Positions 34,251 through 44,078 of a DNA stretch of 60,584 bases are shown one piece after another. This DNA is from Candidatus Limnocylindria bacterium. Its GTDB lineage: Bacteria; Chloroflexota; Limnocylindria; Limnocylindrales; CSP1-4. Made by a program: the position numbers and the translations under genes. The notes under the pieces were generated by a model, which saw only the letters and a program-made list of their open reading frames with translations, ran no database searches and was not told the DNA's origin. Where the stretch lies: assembly GCA_041494645.1 (NCBI GenBank), contig JBGQBD010000002.1:1-60584 (forward strand), read 5' to 3'. Positions within the stretch are counted from its first letter, which is position 1. Each line of letters starts with the position of its first letter.

Positions 34251-36307
34251 TGTCGATCGTGCGACTCGCGGGCGTCCGCCGCGAGGTCGGCGACTTCGTG
34301 ATTCTGGATCACGTGGATGCCGCCGTCGCCGTGGGCGACCGAATCGGCCTCGTAGGACCCAATGGCGCAGGCAAGACGACCCTGCTTCGGCTGGTGTCGG
34401 GCCTCGACGAGCCCGACAGGGGCGAGGTTCACCGCAAGCGCGGTCTGACCGTGGCCATGCTCCCGCAGGAGGCGCACGTCGACGCGAGCTTCATTGAGGC
34501 GCCGAGCCTGAGGCTGGCCGTTCGCGCGGGCGCCAGCCGGCTGGAGGAGCTGGAGCGAACCCTTGGCCGGCTCGAACATGCTGGCCGTGTGACGGAGCCC
34601 GAATACGAGACCGCCCAGCACGAGTTCGCGGTCATGGACGGCTACGCGCTCGACCAGCGGGTGCAGGCGGCGCTCTCGGGGCTGGGCTTCGTTCGCGGGC
34701 AGTGGGATCGGCCGCCCACGAACCTATCGGGCGGCGAGCAGACCCGCGCCGCGCTGGCGCGGCTGCTCCTCGCCGACCCGGAGTTGCTGCTGCTGGATGA
34801 GCCGACGAACCATCTCGACCTGGGGGCTCTCGAGTGGCTCGAGCAAACCCTCGGCCGGCGCCACGGCAGCTTGATCGTGGCCTCGCACGACCGCGCCTTC
34901 CTGGACGCCACGGTGACGCGCGTCTGGGAGCTGCGCGACCGGCGGTTGACGCCGTTCCGTGGCAGCTACTCTCGCTATGCCCGCCAGCGCGAGGAGCGCG
35001 ACCTCCTGGCGGCCGACCAGGCCGAGGATCGGGCGGGTCGAATCGCGCGCGAACGAGAGCTCGTTCAGCTGTACCGGCACCAGCGCAAGTTCTCGAAGAT
35101 GCATGAGCACGAGGCCCGTCTCGAGGCTCTCGAGCCGCTCGAGAAGCGCCGTACCGACGCGAGGCTCCGGCTGCCGACCGAGGCTCTGGCCGGGGGAGCG
35201 CCCGCTCGCTCGTACGAATCGGTGGTTCGAGCGGAGGGGCTCGTCGTCGGCTACGGCGCCAGAGAGGCGCCCGGCCCCGCCGAGGCCGTGCCCGTAGCAC
35301 GGGTCCCGTGGCTGGAGCTGCACCGCGGCGATCGAATCGGCCTCGTAGGACCCAACGGCGCAGGCAAGACGACGCTCCTGCGCACCATCGCCGGGGAGTT
35401 GGCGCCGCTGGACGGTGCCCTGGATGTGGGCCGCAACGTCCAGCCAAACTATCTCGCCCAGCTCCGCGACGCGCCGATCCCCGGCGCCACGGTCCTCGAC
35501 GCCGTGCTGGGCGAGCTGCCGATCGGGCAGGGTGAGGCGCGCAGCCACCTGGCCCGCTTCCTCTTCCGCGGCGACGACGTCTTCAAGGAGGTCTTGGACC
35601 TCTCCGGCGGAGAGCGATCGCGTCTGGAGCTTGCGCTCCTCTTCCTTCTGCCGGCCAATCTGCTCCTGCTCGACGAGCCCACGAACCATCTGGACATTCC
35701 GGCGCGCGAGGCGCTGGAGGCATTCATGGCCATGACGGACGCCACTCTGCTGATCGTCAGCCACGACCGGCGGCTCCTCGAGACGGTCTGCGACTCCCTC
35801 TGGGTCGTTGACGGGGGGCTGGCGGTGCCGTTCGAGGGCGGGTATCGCGCCTGGCGGGCGGCGGTGGCGGACGGCTGGACGGTGAAGGCCGCCGCCGAAA
35901 GGGAGGCGGGACGCCTGCATGGCCGGCAGGCGCGGGAGATCGGCGAGCGTCGGGCGGGGGGCACGGTCGGGAATCGGAGTCGGAAGGCGTCGGCGCGATC
36001 GGGTGGGGGAGTGGCTTCTTCTTCCGCTCCGGACCACGGCGCCACGGCGGCAGCGACCGCGACCGCGACCCGCGCCCCAGCCGCCAAGCTGTCGAAGGAC
36101 GCCTACCGGCGCCGCAAGGCCCAGATAGACGAGGAGCTGGCCCGCCTCGCCGCGCGCAAGCACCAACTCGAGTCGGCCCTGCAGGATCCCGGCGTTCATG
36201 GCAACTTCGTGGAGTTGCGTCGCGTGACAGGCGAGCTCGCGACCGTGAACGAGGCCCTCGCCGCGACCGAGGAGGCATGGCTGGAGCTGGAGGAGGCGGC
36301 GCCATGA
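34250..36307 (+). CDS. ABC-F family ATPase (two ABC domains, no TM; Uup/YheS-like)
   Basis: Two Walker A motifs (GLVGPNGAGKTTLL, twice), two LSGGE signatures and a C-terminal coiled-coil tail. ATG 34250 overlaps the mutM stop. Confidence 0.9.
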   Translation: MSIVRLAGVRREVGDFVILDHVDAAVAVGDRIGLVGPNGAGKTTLLRLVSGLDEPDRGEVHRKRGLTVAMLPQEAHVDASFIEAPSLRLAVRAGASRLEELERTLGRLEHAGRVTEPEYETAQHEFAVMDGYALDQRVQAALSGLGFVRGQWDRPPTNLSGGEQTRAALARLLLADPELLLLDEPTNHLDLGALEWLEQTLGRRHGSLIVASHDRAFLDATVTRVWELRDRRLTPFRGSYSRYARQREERDLLAADQAEDRAGRIARERELVQLYRHQRKFSKMHEHEARLEALEPLEKRRTDARLRLPTEALAGGAPARSYESVVRAEGLVVGYGAREAPGPAEAVPVARVPWLELHRGDRIGLVGPNGAGKTTLLRTIAGELAPLDGALDVGRNVQPNYLAQLRDAPIPGATVLDAVLGELPIGQGEARSHLARFLFRGDDVFKEVLDLSGGERSRLELALLFLLPANLLLLDEPTNHLDIPAREALEAFMAMTDATLLIVSHDRRLLETVCDSLWVVDGGLAVPFEGGYRAWRAAVADGWTVKAAAEREAGRLHGRQAREIGERRAGGTVGNRSRKASARSGGGVASSSAPDHGATAAATATATRAPAAKLSKDAYRRRKAQIDEELARLAARKHQLESALQDPGVHGNFVELRRVTGELATVNEALAATEEAWLELEEAAP

Positions 36308-36954
36308 CGGAGTCCGGCCGGCGCCGGCGCCGCGGAAATCTCGGGACGGGCGCCCCGCTGATCGGCCTTATCGGGCCGATCGGCTGCGGCAAGTCCACCG
36401 TGGCTGCCTGGCTGGCCGATCGTGGCGCAGCCGTGGTGGACGCGGATCGGCTGACCCGCGAGCTCATGTCGCCCGGCGCGCCGGTCACCGAAGCCGTCAT
36501 CGCCCGTTTCGGCCCGGCGTTCCGCGGCCCCGACGGCGCCCTGGATCGGGCCGCCCTCGGCCGGCTCGTCTTCGCCGATCAGGCCAGCCTGGCGGAGCTG
36601 GAGTCGATCGTCCACCCGGCCGTGGCGCGGCTGGAACAGGACTCGATCCGGGCCGCGGATGCGACGCGGCCAGCGGCCATCGTCCTCGAGGCGATCAAGC
36701 TGGTCGAGGCCGGGCACGCCCCGTGGTGCGACGAGATCTGGCTGATCGTCTGCGACCCGGCGGCCCAGCTCGCCCGTCTCACCGGCCGTGGCATGGCCGA
36801 ATCCGACGCCCGCCAGCGGATCGCCGCCCAGGCCTGCTCGCTCCCGCTCTGGCGTTCGGCCGCCACCCGCATCATCCGAACGGATGGCGCCCCCGCGGAA
36901 GTGGAGCCGGCCGTGGATGCCGCGTTTCGCAAAGCGCTGGCCAGGCAGGGCTGA
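36304..36954 (+). CDS. coaE: Dephospho-CoA kinase
   Basis: IGLIGPIGCGKSTVAAWL...VVDADRL pattern. ATG 36304 overlaps the ABC-F stop (ATGA). Confidence 0.85.
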   Translation: MTESGRRRRRGNLGTGAPLIGLIGPIGCGKSTVAAWLADRGAAVVDADRLTRELMSPGAPVTEAVIARFGPAFRGPDGALDRAALGRLVFADQASLAELESIVHPAVARLEQDSIRAADATRPAAIVLEAIKLVEAGHAPWCDEIWLIVCDPAAQLARLTGRGMAESDARQRIAAQACSLPLWRSAATRIIRTDGAPAEVEPAVDAAFRKALARQG

Positions 36955-37079
36955 CGGCCGGGGAGCCGACGAACCGACGGGCACGACCGCCCGGACGCAG
37001 GCCCGGGGCGGCGCCAGGGCCACTTCCGGCAGCGAGGCGGACGGCCGCCTGTCTCGGGCGCCGTGCTGGCGCCTGTTCG

Positions 37080-37085
37080 TACAAT
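37080..37085 (+). promoter_or_regulatory. -10 hexamer TACAAT positioned for a leaderless transcript of the peptidase gene
   Basis: TACAAT is followed by 6 nt (ctatcg) and then ATG 37092. A GGCGCC/GGCGCC hairpin lies just upstream (37048-37064). Confidence 0.45.
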
Positions 37086-37091
37086 CTATCG

Positions 37092-38435
37092 ATGATCGCG
37101 CCCCGATCGTGGCCTCGCCGCCGGTTGGCCGCGGGCACGGCTGCCCTGCTCGTGATCGCGCTGGCAGGCGCGGCGATAGTCGCGGTCTCGCCGCTGGCGA
37201 ACGCCGGTCCGACCCCACCCGGGACCGACATCGCGGCGGGCACGTCTACCGGTGCGCCGGCATCGGCGTCGGGCCCCCCTGACTTTGAAGCCTCGATGGC
37301 GGCCTCGGCCACGCTCGTTGACCCGACTGCCACGTTCCCCGCCAGCCCGACGTTCCAGGCGATCGACCTCTTCGCCACGCCCAGCCCGCCGCCCGCTCGC
37401 GGCGCCCAGCCAACCGACCCCGCCTATTCGATCGATACCCACCGGCCCATCCCCGCCCAGTCGGTGGAATGGCTCGAGGCCAAGGCTGCCGGCCGCGTCG
37501 CCCTGTTCAACGGCAGGATCGTCCGTCTGGATTCGGGCGCCGACCCGCTTCTGGACCCGGCCACGGGCGACGGCCTCCCCGCCGCCAGGACGCTGGACAC
37601 CACCTGGACCCGCTGGGTGGTGGAGCCGGCCGGCTACGGCACCGACGAGAAGGGCAATCGCTTCTCGAACCTCAACTACTGGAACCTGTGCAGCACCGGC
37701 GCCTCGACGGTCGCCCTCTACTACTGGCAGCAGCTGACCGGTCACCCGGACGTCACCGGCACGGCCGGCTACTTCCTGGAGCCGTACTCGATCGAAGCCG
37801 GTGCGTGGCCCAGGCCCGGTCCCACCGTGGCGTTGGCCGGCGACGGCTCTCGCCTGGGGACCTACTGGTCCGGCTCGGACTCCGTCAGCGGCTTCACGGC
37901 TCACGGCCGCGGCTTTCTCATGTACCTGGCCACGCAGACCCAGCCGCCGGCGTGGCAGACGACGGGGATGGCGGTGTACACCCATTCGGACGGCAGGCCG
38001 CTCTATCCGTCGTGGGGCGCGCCCCGGACCAACATCATGACCGCGCTCAACTGGGAGGCTTCGAACCGAAACCCCAATAGGTGGGTCGATACCTGGTACG
38101 CGTCGGTGATCAGGCCCGACCCAACCCTGGCCCGCGACCTTACGGCGGCGGTAACCCTGGACGTTGGCCGGGATGGAGTGCCGATCATCGCCGCCCTTGA
38201 CACATTCGATCTCCCGAACTGGCAGAACGGCAGCGCGACGCCGCACATCCGCCACGCGGTGGCCATCGTCGGCTATGACAATGCCGCGAATCCGCCGACC
38301 TTCACCTACATCGACACCTGCGGTCGGGCCTGCAACGCCCGCGGCGGAAACCAGAACGGCCAGGTGCACGTGGTGTCTCAGGCGCGGATGACCGCGGCGA
38401 TCCAGGACAAGGTCGGCTCGGGGTTCGTCTGGTAG
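37092..38435 (+). CDS. Secreted papain-fold (C39-like) cysteine peptidase candidate
   Basis: Signal peptide/TM (LAAGTAALLVIALAGAAIVAV). Candidate catalytic Cys in NYWNLCSTGASTVALYYW and candidate His in HIRHAVAIVGYDN. The family call is tentative. The upstream part of the 570-aa track ORF overlaps coaE and is rejected. Confidence 0.45.
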   Translation: MIAPRSWPRRRLAAGTAALLVIALAGAAIVAVSPLANAGPTPPGTDIAAGTSTGAPASASGPPDFEASMAASATLVDPTATFPASPTFQAIDLFATPSPPPARGAQPTDPAYSIDTHRPIPAQSVEWLEAKAAGRVALFNGRIVRLDSGADPLLDPATGDGLPAARTLDTTWTRWVVEPAGYGTDEKGNRFSNLNYWNLCSTGASTVALYYWQQLTGHPDVTGTAGYFLEPYSIEAGAWPRPGPTVALAGDGSRLGTYWSGSDSVSGFTAHGRGFLMYLATQTQPPAWQTTGMAVYTHSDGRPLYPSWGAPRTNIMTALNWEASNRNPNRWVDTWYASVIRPDPTLARDLTAAVTLDVGRDGVPIIAALDTFDLPNWQNGSATPHIRHAVAIVGYDNAANPPTFTYIDTCGRACNARGGNQNGQVHVVSQARMTAAIQDKVGSGFVW

Positions 38436-38553
38436 ATGACCGGCGGGTGCCGGCGGCGGCTCGTCTCGCGCGCAACGCGAGAATCGCTTCACGGGCCGTC
38501 CCATTCCAGGCACAATCCAAGGGTCCGGCAAGCTCTTTCGGTGAGGATCCGCA

Positions 38554-39423
38554 ATGACCGACCGCGTCGACCTGAGCCTGATCTTCGGAATCGGCGCGGC
38601 TGCCGAGGTTCTACTGCTCACCCTCCCCAGCTTCAAGCTGAGACGCCTCTGGCGAGTCGCGCTGGCGGTGGTTGCCGGCGGCCTCGGGTTCGTGATTGGC
38701 CGGAACGAAGACACGAGCGTGCTGCACGCCCACGTGCTGATCGGCTTCGCGTGCTTCGCCGTCGCGGCATTCATCCTGTTGAAGGAGGAGATCCTGCCCC
38801 GGGTCAGTGAGTCGAACCTGCTGCTGAGCACCCTCGTCTTCTGGTACCTGTGGCGGACCGTCGATGCGCCGCGGGAGGTCCTGGTTGCACTGGCCGCAGC
38901 CGCGATCCTTCCCACCGCGGGAACCCTGGTGGTGGCGATGATCGTCCGCGACTGGGGCTTCCGGGTCAGGCTGCTGTGCTACGTTTGGTTCCTGGTGCTG
39001 AGCTCGGCCATCTCGGTCCTGCTGCTCCGCTTTGGTGACCTGTCGTTCGCCTACCTGGGATCCTTCGATCCGCCGAACCTCCTTAGCCTCTTCCTGACGG
39101 GAATGTCCGTTACGTACCTGGCCGCGAGCGTCTTCTACATCTGGACCCTGATCCCGATCCTCGGGCGAGCGGACTGGTGGGAGGACGCGAGAGGGATGGC
39201 CGGCCGCTTCGCGGACTACGAGATGAGGATCCCCGAGGTGGCGTTGACGATCCTGGTGCCCGGCGGCATCTTCCTCTTGAACTCGCAGTACCACTGGATC
39301 CCGGTGACCCTGCTGGCCAGCGCCGCCCTCGTCATGCAGCGCTACGGGTCCAGGCTCCTGCAACGTCGCCGGGCCCGGGCGAGCGTGCCGTCTCCTGCGC
39401 CCGCTGGGGGTCGAGCCGAGTAG
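38554..39423 (+). CDS. Polytopic integral membrane protein, hypothetical
   Basis: Seven or more hydrophobic helices throughout. GAGGA lies upstream of ATG 38554. I recognise no family. Confidence 0.55.
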   Translation: MTDRVDLSLIFGIGAAAEVLLLTLPSFKLRRLWRVALAVVAGGLGFVIGRNEDTSVLHAHVLIGFACFAVAAFILLKEEILPRVSESNLLLSTLVFWYLWRTVDAPREVLVALAAAAILPTAGTLVVAMIVRDWGFRVRLLCYVWFLVLSSAISVLLLRFGDLSFAYLGSFDPPNLLSLFLTGMSVTYLAASVFYIWTLIPILGRADWWEDARGMAGRFADYEMRIPEVALTILVPGGIFLLNSQYHWIPVTLLASAALVMQRYGSRLLQRRRARASVPSPAPAGGRAE

Positions 39424-39445
39424 CGACCAGTCGGACATCGAGCTA

Positions 39446-39459
39446 GAACGGGCGTGCTA
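39446..39459. promoter_or_regulatory. SOS (LexA)-like box AGAAC-GGGC-GTGCT upstream of uvrB
   Basis: One mismatch to AGAAC-N4-GTTCT. It lies 16 nt upstream of the TATACT -10 hexamer (39476-39481), the same geometry as the uvrA box. Confidence 0.4.
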
Positions 39460-39507
39460 TTCTGGGTTGCGGCGGTATACTGCAGCTCCCACGCCGACGA
39501 GGTTTCT

Positions 39508-41892
39508 GTGCCCGACTTTCGGCTCGTTGCCGACTTCCAACCCACCGGCGACCAGCCCCAGGCGATCGATAAACTGAGCGAAGGCCTGGCCAAAGGCCTG
39601 CGCCATCAGACGCTGCTGGGCGCGACCGGAACCGGCAAGACATTCACGATCGCCAAGGCGATCGAGGCGCATCAGAAGCCCACCCTGGTCCTGGCCCATA
39701 ACAAGACGCTGGCCGCGCAACTGTACTCGGAGTTCCGCGAGTTCTTCCCGGACAACGCCGTCGAGTACTACGTCAGCTACTTCGACTACTACCAGCCCGA
39801 GGCGTACCTGCCCCGCTCGGACACCTACATCGAGAAGGACTCGAGCCGCAACGACGAGATCGACAAGCTCCGCCACGCGGCCACCAAGGCCCTCTTCGAA
39901 CGGCGCGACGTGATCATCGTGGCCAGCGTCAGCTGCATCTACGGCCTCGGCGCCCCGGTCGACTACGGGGCCACGATCCTGCGGCTGCGCGTCGGCGGGC
40001 AATACCGCCGCGACGCCGTGCTGCGACACCTGGTGGACCTGCAGTACCAGCGCAACGACGCCGCCCTGTCCCGGGCCCGGTTCCGCGTCCGCGGCGACAC
40101 CCTGGAGCTGATCCCAGCCGCGGAGGATCGCCTGGTGCGGGTGGAGTTCTTCGGCGACGAGGTGGAGCGGATCACGGACCTGGACCCCCTCACCGGTGAG
40201 CTGCTGGCCGAGCGGAAGGACCTCAACGTCTACCCGGCCACGCACTTCGTGACGCCGGCCGACAAGCTGATGGCCGCGGTCAAGGCGATCGGCGAGGAGA
40301 TGGAGGTCAGGGTCGCGGACCTGGAAGCTCAGGGGCGCGCCCTGGAGGCGGCCAGGCTTCGGCAGCGCACGACCTTCGACCTCGAGATGATGCGCGAGCT
40401 GGGCTACTGCACCGGCATCGAGAACTACTCGCGCCATCTCTCGGGGCGGGAAGCCGGGTCACGGCCGTGGACGCTGCTCGACTACTTCCCGCCGGACTGG
40501 CTCCTCGTCGTCGACGAGAGCCACATGTCGATCCCGCAGGTCGTGGGCATGTACAAGAACGACCGGACGCGCAAGGAGATCCTCGTCGACTTCGGCTTCC
40601 GCCTGCCATCGGCGCTGGATAACCGCCCGCTCACGTTCGAGGAGTTCGAGGCCAGCGTGAACCAGGCGGTATACATGAGTGCCACGCCGGGTCCATACGA
40701 GCTGGAACGAAGCCAGCAGGTCGTCGAGCAGCTCATTCGACCAACCGGCGTGGTAGATCCACACATAACCGTCAAGCCGACGGAGGGGCAGATAGACGAC
40801 CTGCTCGACCTCATACGTGGACGCGTGGAACGCGGCGAAAGATCGATCGTTACAACGCTCACAAAGAAGATGGCCGAAGACCTGGCCGACTACCTGCACG
40901 AGCTGGGCGTGAAGGTCCAGTACCTGCATTCCGAAGTCGACACGCTGGAGCGCGTCCAGATCCTACGAGACCTCAGGCTGGGCGTATTTGACGTGATCGT
41001 CGGCATCAACCTGCTGCGTGAAGGGATCGACCTGCCCGAAGTCACGCTCGTTGCGATTCTCGATGCGGACAAGGAGGGATTCCTGCGCAGCGCCTGGTCG
41101 CTCGTGCAGATGATCGGTCGGGCGGCGCGTAACATCGGCGGCGAAGTCGTCATGTACGCCGACAACATGACCGACTCGATGAGGGCGGCGATCGGCGAGA
41201 CGAACCGCCGGCGCGCGGTCCAGGAGAAGTACAACCTGGATCACGGTATTCAGCCGGTCACGGTCGTGAAGGGGATCCGCGACATCAACGATCGCCTGCG
41301 AGCCGTGGCCGAGGCGCACGGGACCTACGCCACGGCGCCTGGCCAGGAACGTGCCTTCACAGAGATGGCCAAGGAGCAGGTCGAGAAGCTCGTCCGCCAG
41401 ATGGAGGCGGAGATGCGTCAGGCCGCCCGGGACCTGGAGTTCGAGCGGGCGGCGGCGTTGCGCGACGAGATCCAGGAGATCCGGCTGCGCGTCCTGGACG
41501 AGGATGCGTCCGCGGCCGTGGCCCGGGCGGCGGAGCGAGCGGCCAGGGTCAGGCCGGACGGACCGGCCGGCGCGCGACCCGCCCCGGCCCGAGCTGGCCG
41601 GACGATCAAGCCCGTTCGCGACATCCGGCGCCGCGAGCGCGCCCTCCGCGACGGCGGGGGACTGGACGCGGCCGCGCTCGACGTGACGGAGGTGCGCGTG
41701 ATGGCGGCGACCGAAGCGGCCGACGACGCGACCGCGGCCACGGCGTCCGACTGGCTGCCGGGGATTCGCGACGAGCACGAGGACGACGGCTGGTCGGTCA
41801 AGTGGCTGGATCGGCCGATGTGGGACCATACCGTGACGCCGAACGTTATCAAGCGGACCGGGACGCGACCACCGGGCAGGCGGCGGAGGTAG
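39508..41892 (+). CDS. uvrB: Excinuclease ABC subunit B with ~130-aa C-terminal extension
   Basis: GDQPQAI, Walker [13 protein letters not shown] box [11 protein letters not shown], helicase motif VI and UVR domain ([16 protein letters not shown]). GTG 39508 has GACGAGG upstream. The tail after the UVR domain ends [37 protein letters not shown]. Confidence 0.95.
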   Translation: MPDFRLVADFQPTGDQPQAIDKLSEGLAKGLRHQTLLGATGTGKTFTIAKAIEAHQKPTLVLAHNKTLAAQLYSEFREFFPDNAVEYYVSYFDYYQPEAYLPRSDTYIEKDSSRNDEIDKLRHAATKALFERRDVIIVASVSCIYGLGAPVDYGATILRLRVGGQYRRDAVLRHLVDLQYQRNDAALSRARFRVRGDTLELIPAAEDRLVRVEFFGDEVERITDLDPLTGELLAERKDLNVYPATHFVTPADKLMAAVKAIGEEMEVRVADLEAQGRALEAARLRQRTTFDLEMMRELGYCTGIENYSRHLSGREAGSRPWTLLDYFPPDWLLVVDESHMSIPQVVGMYKNDRTRKEILVDFGFRLPSALDNRPLTFEEFEASVNQAVYMSATPGPYELERSQQVVEQLIRPTGVVDPHITVKPTEGQIDDLLDLIRGRVERGERSIVTTLTKKMAEDLADYLHELGVKVQYLHSEVDTLERVQILRDLRLGVFDVIVGINLLREGIDLPEVTLVAILDADKEGFLRSAWSLVQMIGRAARNIGGEVVMYADNMTDSMRAAIGETNRRRAVQEKYNLDHGIQPVTVVKGIRDINDRLRAVAEAHGTYATAPGQERAFTEMAKEQVEKLVRQMEAEMRQAARDLEFERAAALRDEIQEIRLRVLDEDASAAVARAAERAARVRPDGPAGARPAPARAGRTIKPVRDIRRRERALRDGGGLDAAALDVTEVRVMAATEAADDATAATASDWLPGIRDEHEDDGWSVKWLDRPMWDHTVTPNVIKRTGTRPPGRRRR

Positions 41893-41932
41893 CGGGCGTG
41901 CCCGTGGCCCAATCGGCCCCGGAGGAGGACCC

Positions 41933-42430
41933 ATGGACGCGTTGAGCGAGGCTTTCCAGCACCACACGTGGGCCACGGAGAAGCTCATCCGGCACCTTCG
42001 GGGACTGCCCGAAGCGGCGCTCAGCGCCAGCTCGGCCGGTGTCTACGGCGAGGTGCTCGCGACGCTCTCGCACCTGCTGGCGGCCGACGGCCGCTACCTC
42101 GCCAACCTGGAGGGGACGGTGCCGCCTCCTCGCCGGCCCGGACCGGACCCCGTTCGGTCCCTCGACCAGCTGGCGGATCAGGTTCGCGACCAGGCGGTTC
42201 GCTGGCGGATCGTGCTGGCTCGCGTCGGCGAGATCGACGTCACGCTGGCCGCCCGCGGCGACCGGCCGGAGATTCGCCATGCGACGAACCTGCTGGTGGC
42301 CCAGGCCCTCCACCACGGCAGCGACCACCGCACCCAGATCTGCACGGTCCTCTCCTCGAACGGCTACGAGGTGCCGGACCTGGACGTTTGGTCCTACTGG
42401 ATGGACCGCCGCTTCGAACGCGCCCGCTAG
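41933..42430 (+). CDS. DinB-family (DinB_2, four-helix bundle metalloprotein) protein
   Basis: HHTWATEKLIRHL...LSHLLAADGRYL...HHGSDHRTQI gives the His triad pattern. GGAGGAGG lies upstream of the ATG. Confidence 0.75.
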   Translation: MDALSEAFQHHTWATEKLIRHLRGLPEAALSASSAGVYGEVLATLSHLLAADGRYLANLEGTVPPPRRPGPDPVRSLDQLADQVRDQAVRWRIVLARVGEIDVTLAARGDRPEIRHATNLLVAQALHHGSDHRTQICTVLSSNGYEVPDLDVWSYWMDRRFERAR

Positions 42431-42454
42431 ACCTCGGCGCGGGCCGTTCATCCG

Positions 42455-43648
42455 TCAGGGCAGCTCTTCCGGCACGGCCGGCTCCGGGATCGTGACCGGC
42501 CCGCCCACGACACGGTTGGCCGTGATTGCCAGAACCGCCAACAGCGCAACCACCAATCCGAGGGCGGCTCGAATACCCGTCAGCCCGGCGACGGTGCCGA
42601 TGATCGGAGGGCCGCTGAGCAGCCCCGCGTAGCCCATGGTGGAGACGGCGGCGATGCCGAGACCGGATGGGATTCCGGGCTGAGACCCGCCGGCCCTCAG
42701 TGCGATGGGCACGATCGCCCCCAGGCCGAGACCAAGCATCGTGAAGCCGGCGATCGCCGGCACGGTCACATGAAGCGCCAGGGCCATGCCGAGACCGGCA
42801 GCCCCCAGGATGGCTCCCAGGGTAACAAGCCGGCCACCGCCCAGAAGCTCGGTCATTCGGTCGCCTAACAGCCGCGAAAGGGCCATGGCCGCCGAGAACG
42901 CTCCGAGAGTCAGCGCCGCCTCCTGCTGGCTCGCCAGGACCGAGGTCCGCATGTACACGCCGCTCCAATCGCCGGCCGAGCCCTCGGCCAGCATGCCGCA
43001 GTAGATCAGGAAGCCGAGGGCCACCAGTCGGCGCGGCGGTCGGCGGAAGGCCGAGCCCTCGATCGGCTGGCGCTGCGGCAGCATCGTTCGCCACAGGACG
43101 GCCGCCGAGAGCGCCATCCATCCGGCGATGAGGCAGAACTGGCCGAAGAGCGACAGCCCGGCATTGACGGCCAGGATCGTCACGAAGGCTCCCACGAAGG
43201 AGCCGATGCTCCAGGTTCCGTGGAGCCGGGACATGATCGGGCGCGTCCCGGCTTGTTCGACCGCAAGAGCGTTGGCGTTCATCGTCACGTCCATCGAACC
43301 CTGGAATGCGCCGAGGACGAGCAGCGTCAGAGCCAGAGTCAGGAAGGAATCCGTCAGGGCCAGGACCGGCACGATGGCCGCGCAGCCGAGAAGCATCGCT
43401 ACGGTCACGACGTTGCTGCCGAAACGCCCGGCCATGACGCCGGCGAAGGACATCGCCAGGACAGCTCCGCCCGAAGCCGCCAGGAGCGCGAAGCCAAGGT
43501 GGGTCGAGTCGAGCCCGGTCTGATCTTGGATGACCGGGATCCGTGATGCCCAAGCCCCGAACATGACGCCGTGGACGAGGAAGGCGTAGGCGACGCCGAA
43601 CCGAGCCCACCCGAGGTGAGGTTCATCCGAACGAACCATGCCGCTCAT
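42455..43648 (-). CDS. MFS transporter
   Basis: About 12 hydrophobic helices with the typical MFS loop 2-3 region (GVMAGRFGS). 397 aa. Confidence 0.8.
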   Translation of the reverse strand: MSGMVRSDEPHLGWARFGVAYAFLVHGVMFGAWASRIPVIQDQTGLDSTHLGFALLAASGGAVLAMSFAGVMAGRFGSNVVTVAMLLGCAAIVPVLALTDSFLTLALTLLVLGAFQGSMDVTMNANALAVEQAGTRPIMSRLHGTWSIGSFVGAFVTILAVNAGLSLFGQFCLIAGWMALSAAVLWRTMLPQRQPIEGSAFRRPPRRLVALGFLIYCGMLAEGSAGDWSGVYMRTSVLASQQEAALTLGAFSAAMALSRLLGDRMTELLGGGRLVTLGAILGAAGLGMALALHVTVPAIAGFTMLGLGLGAIVPIALRAGGSQPGIPSGLGIAAVSTMGYAGLLSGPPIIGTVAGLTGIRAALGLVVALLAVLAITANRVVGGPVTIPEPAVPEELP

Positions 43649-43745
43649 CCGCGCCCTCGCGGCCGCTCGTGCTCCTTGGGCCTGGATGTCGGGCAGAGTA
43701 TGGCCGCTGCGGCCGAACGGCTCTCGGACACGTGTCGGGCGTCCC

Positions 43746-44078
43746 TCAGCCCATGCCCCAAGCCCGGGCCAGCGCGACCAGCACCACCGCGGCCGCGACG
43801 CCAGGCAGGAGCAACCGCGTTCGGGCGACGATCGCGACGCAGACCAACACCGCTACGGGCTCGACGCCGATCAAGAGCGAACGCGGACCGCCGGACGTGA
43901 GCAGGCAGTTGACGCCGGCCAGCGAGGCCAGGGCCGACGGTCCGGCCAGGCGCAGGTAGGTGACCGCCCGAGGTGGCAGGCGCTCGATTCCGGGCGCGAG
44001 CATCGGCAGGGCCCGCGAAGGGTACGTCACCGCCCACATCAGGAACGCCAGCGGGACGAGGCTCATCGAGAGGTTCAT
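43746..44078 (-). CDS. azlD: Branched-chain amino acid exporter small subunit AzlD
   Basis: 110-aa, 4-TM protein (YPSRALPML pattern) that overlaps the stop of azlC by 4 nt. Confidence 0.75.
   Translation of the reverse strand: MNLSMSLVPLAFLMWAVTYPSRALPMLAPGIERLPPRAVTYLRLAGPSALASLAGVNCLLTSGGPRSLLIGVEPVAVLVCVAIVARTRLLLPGVAAAVVLVALARAWGMG

Noticed and set aside
36723-37091. N-terminal extension of the peptidase ORF back to 36723 (570-aa version).
   Set aside because: It overlaps the 3' third of coaE in another frame and is Arg/Pro-rich. A TACAAT hexamer 6 nt upstream of ATG 37092, together with the signal peptide starting there, supports the shorter gene.
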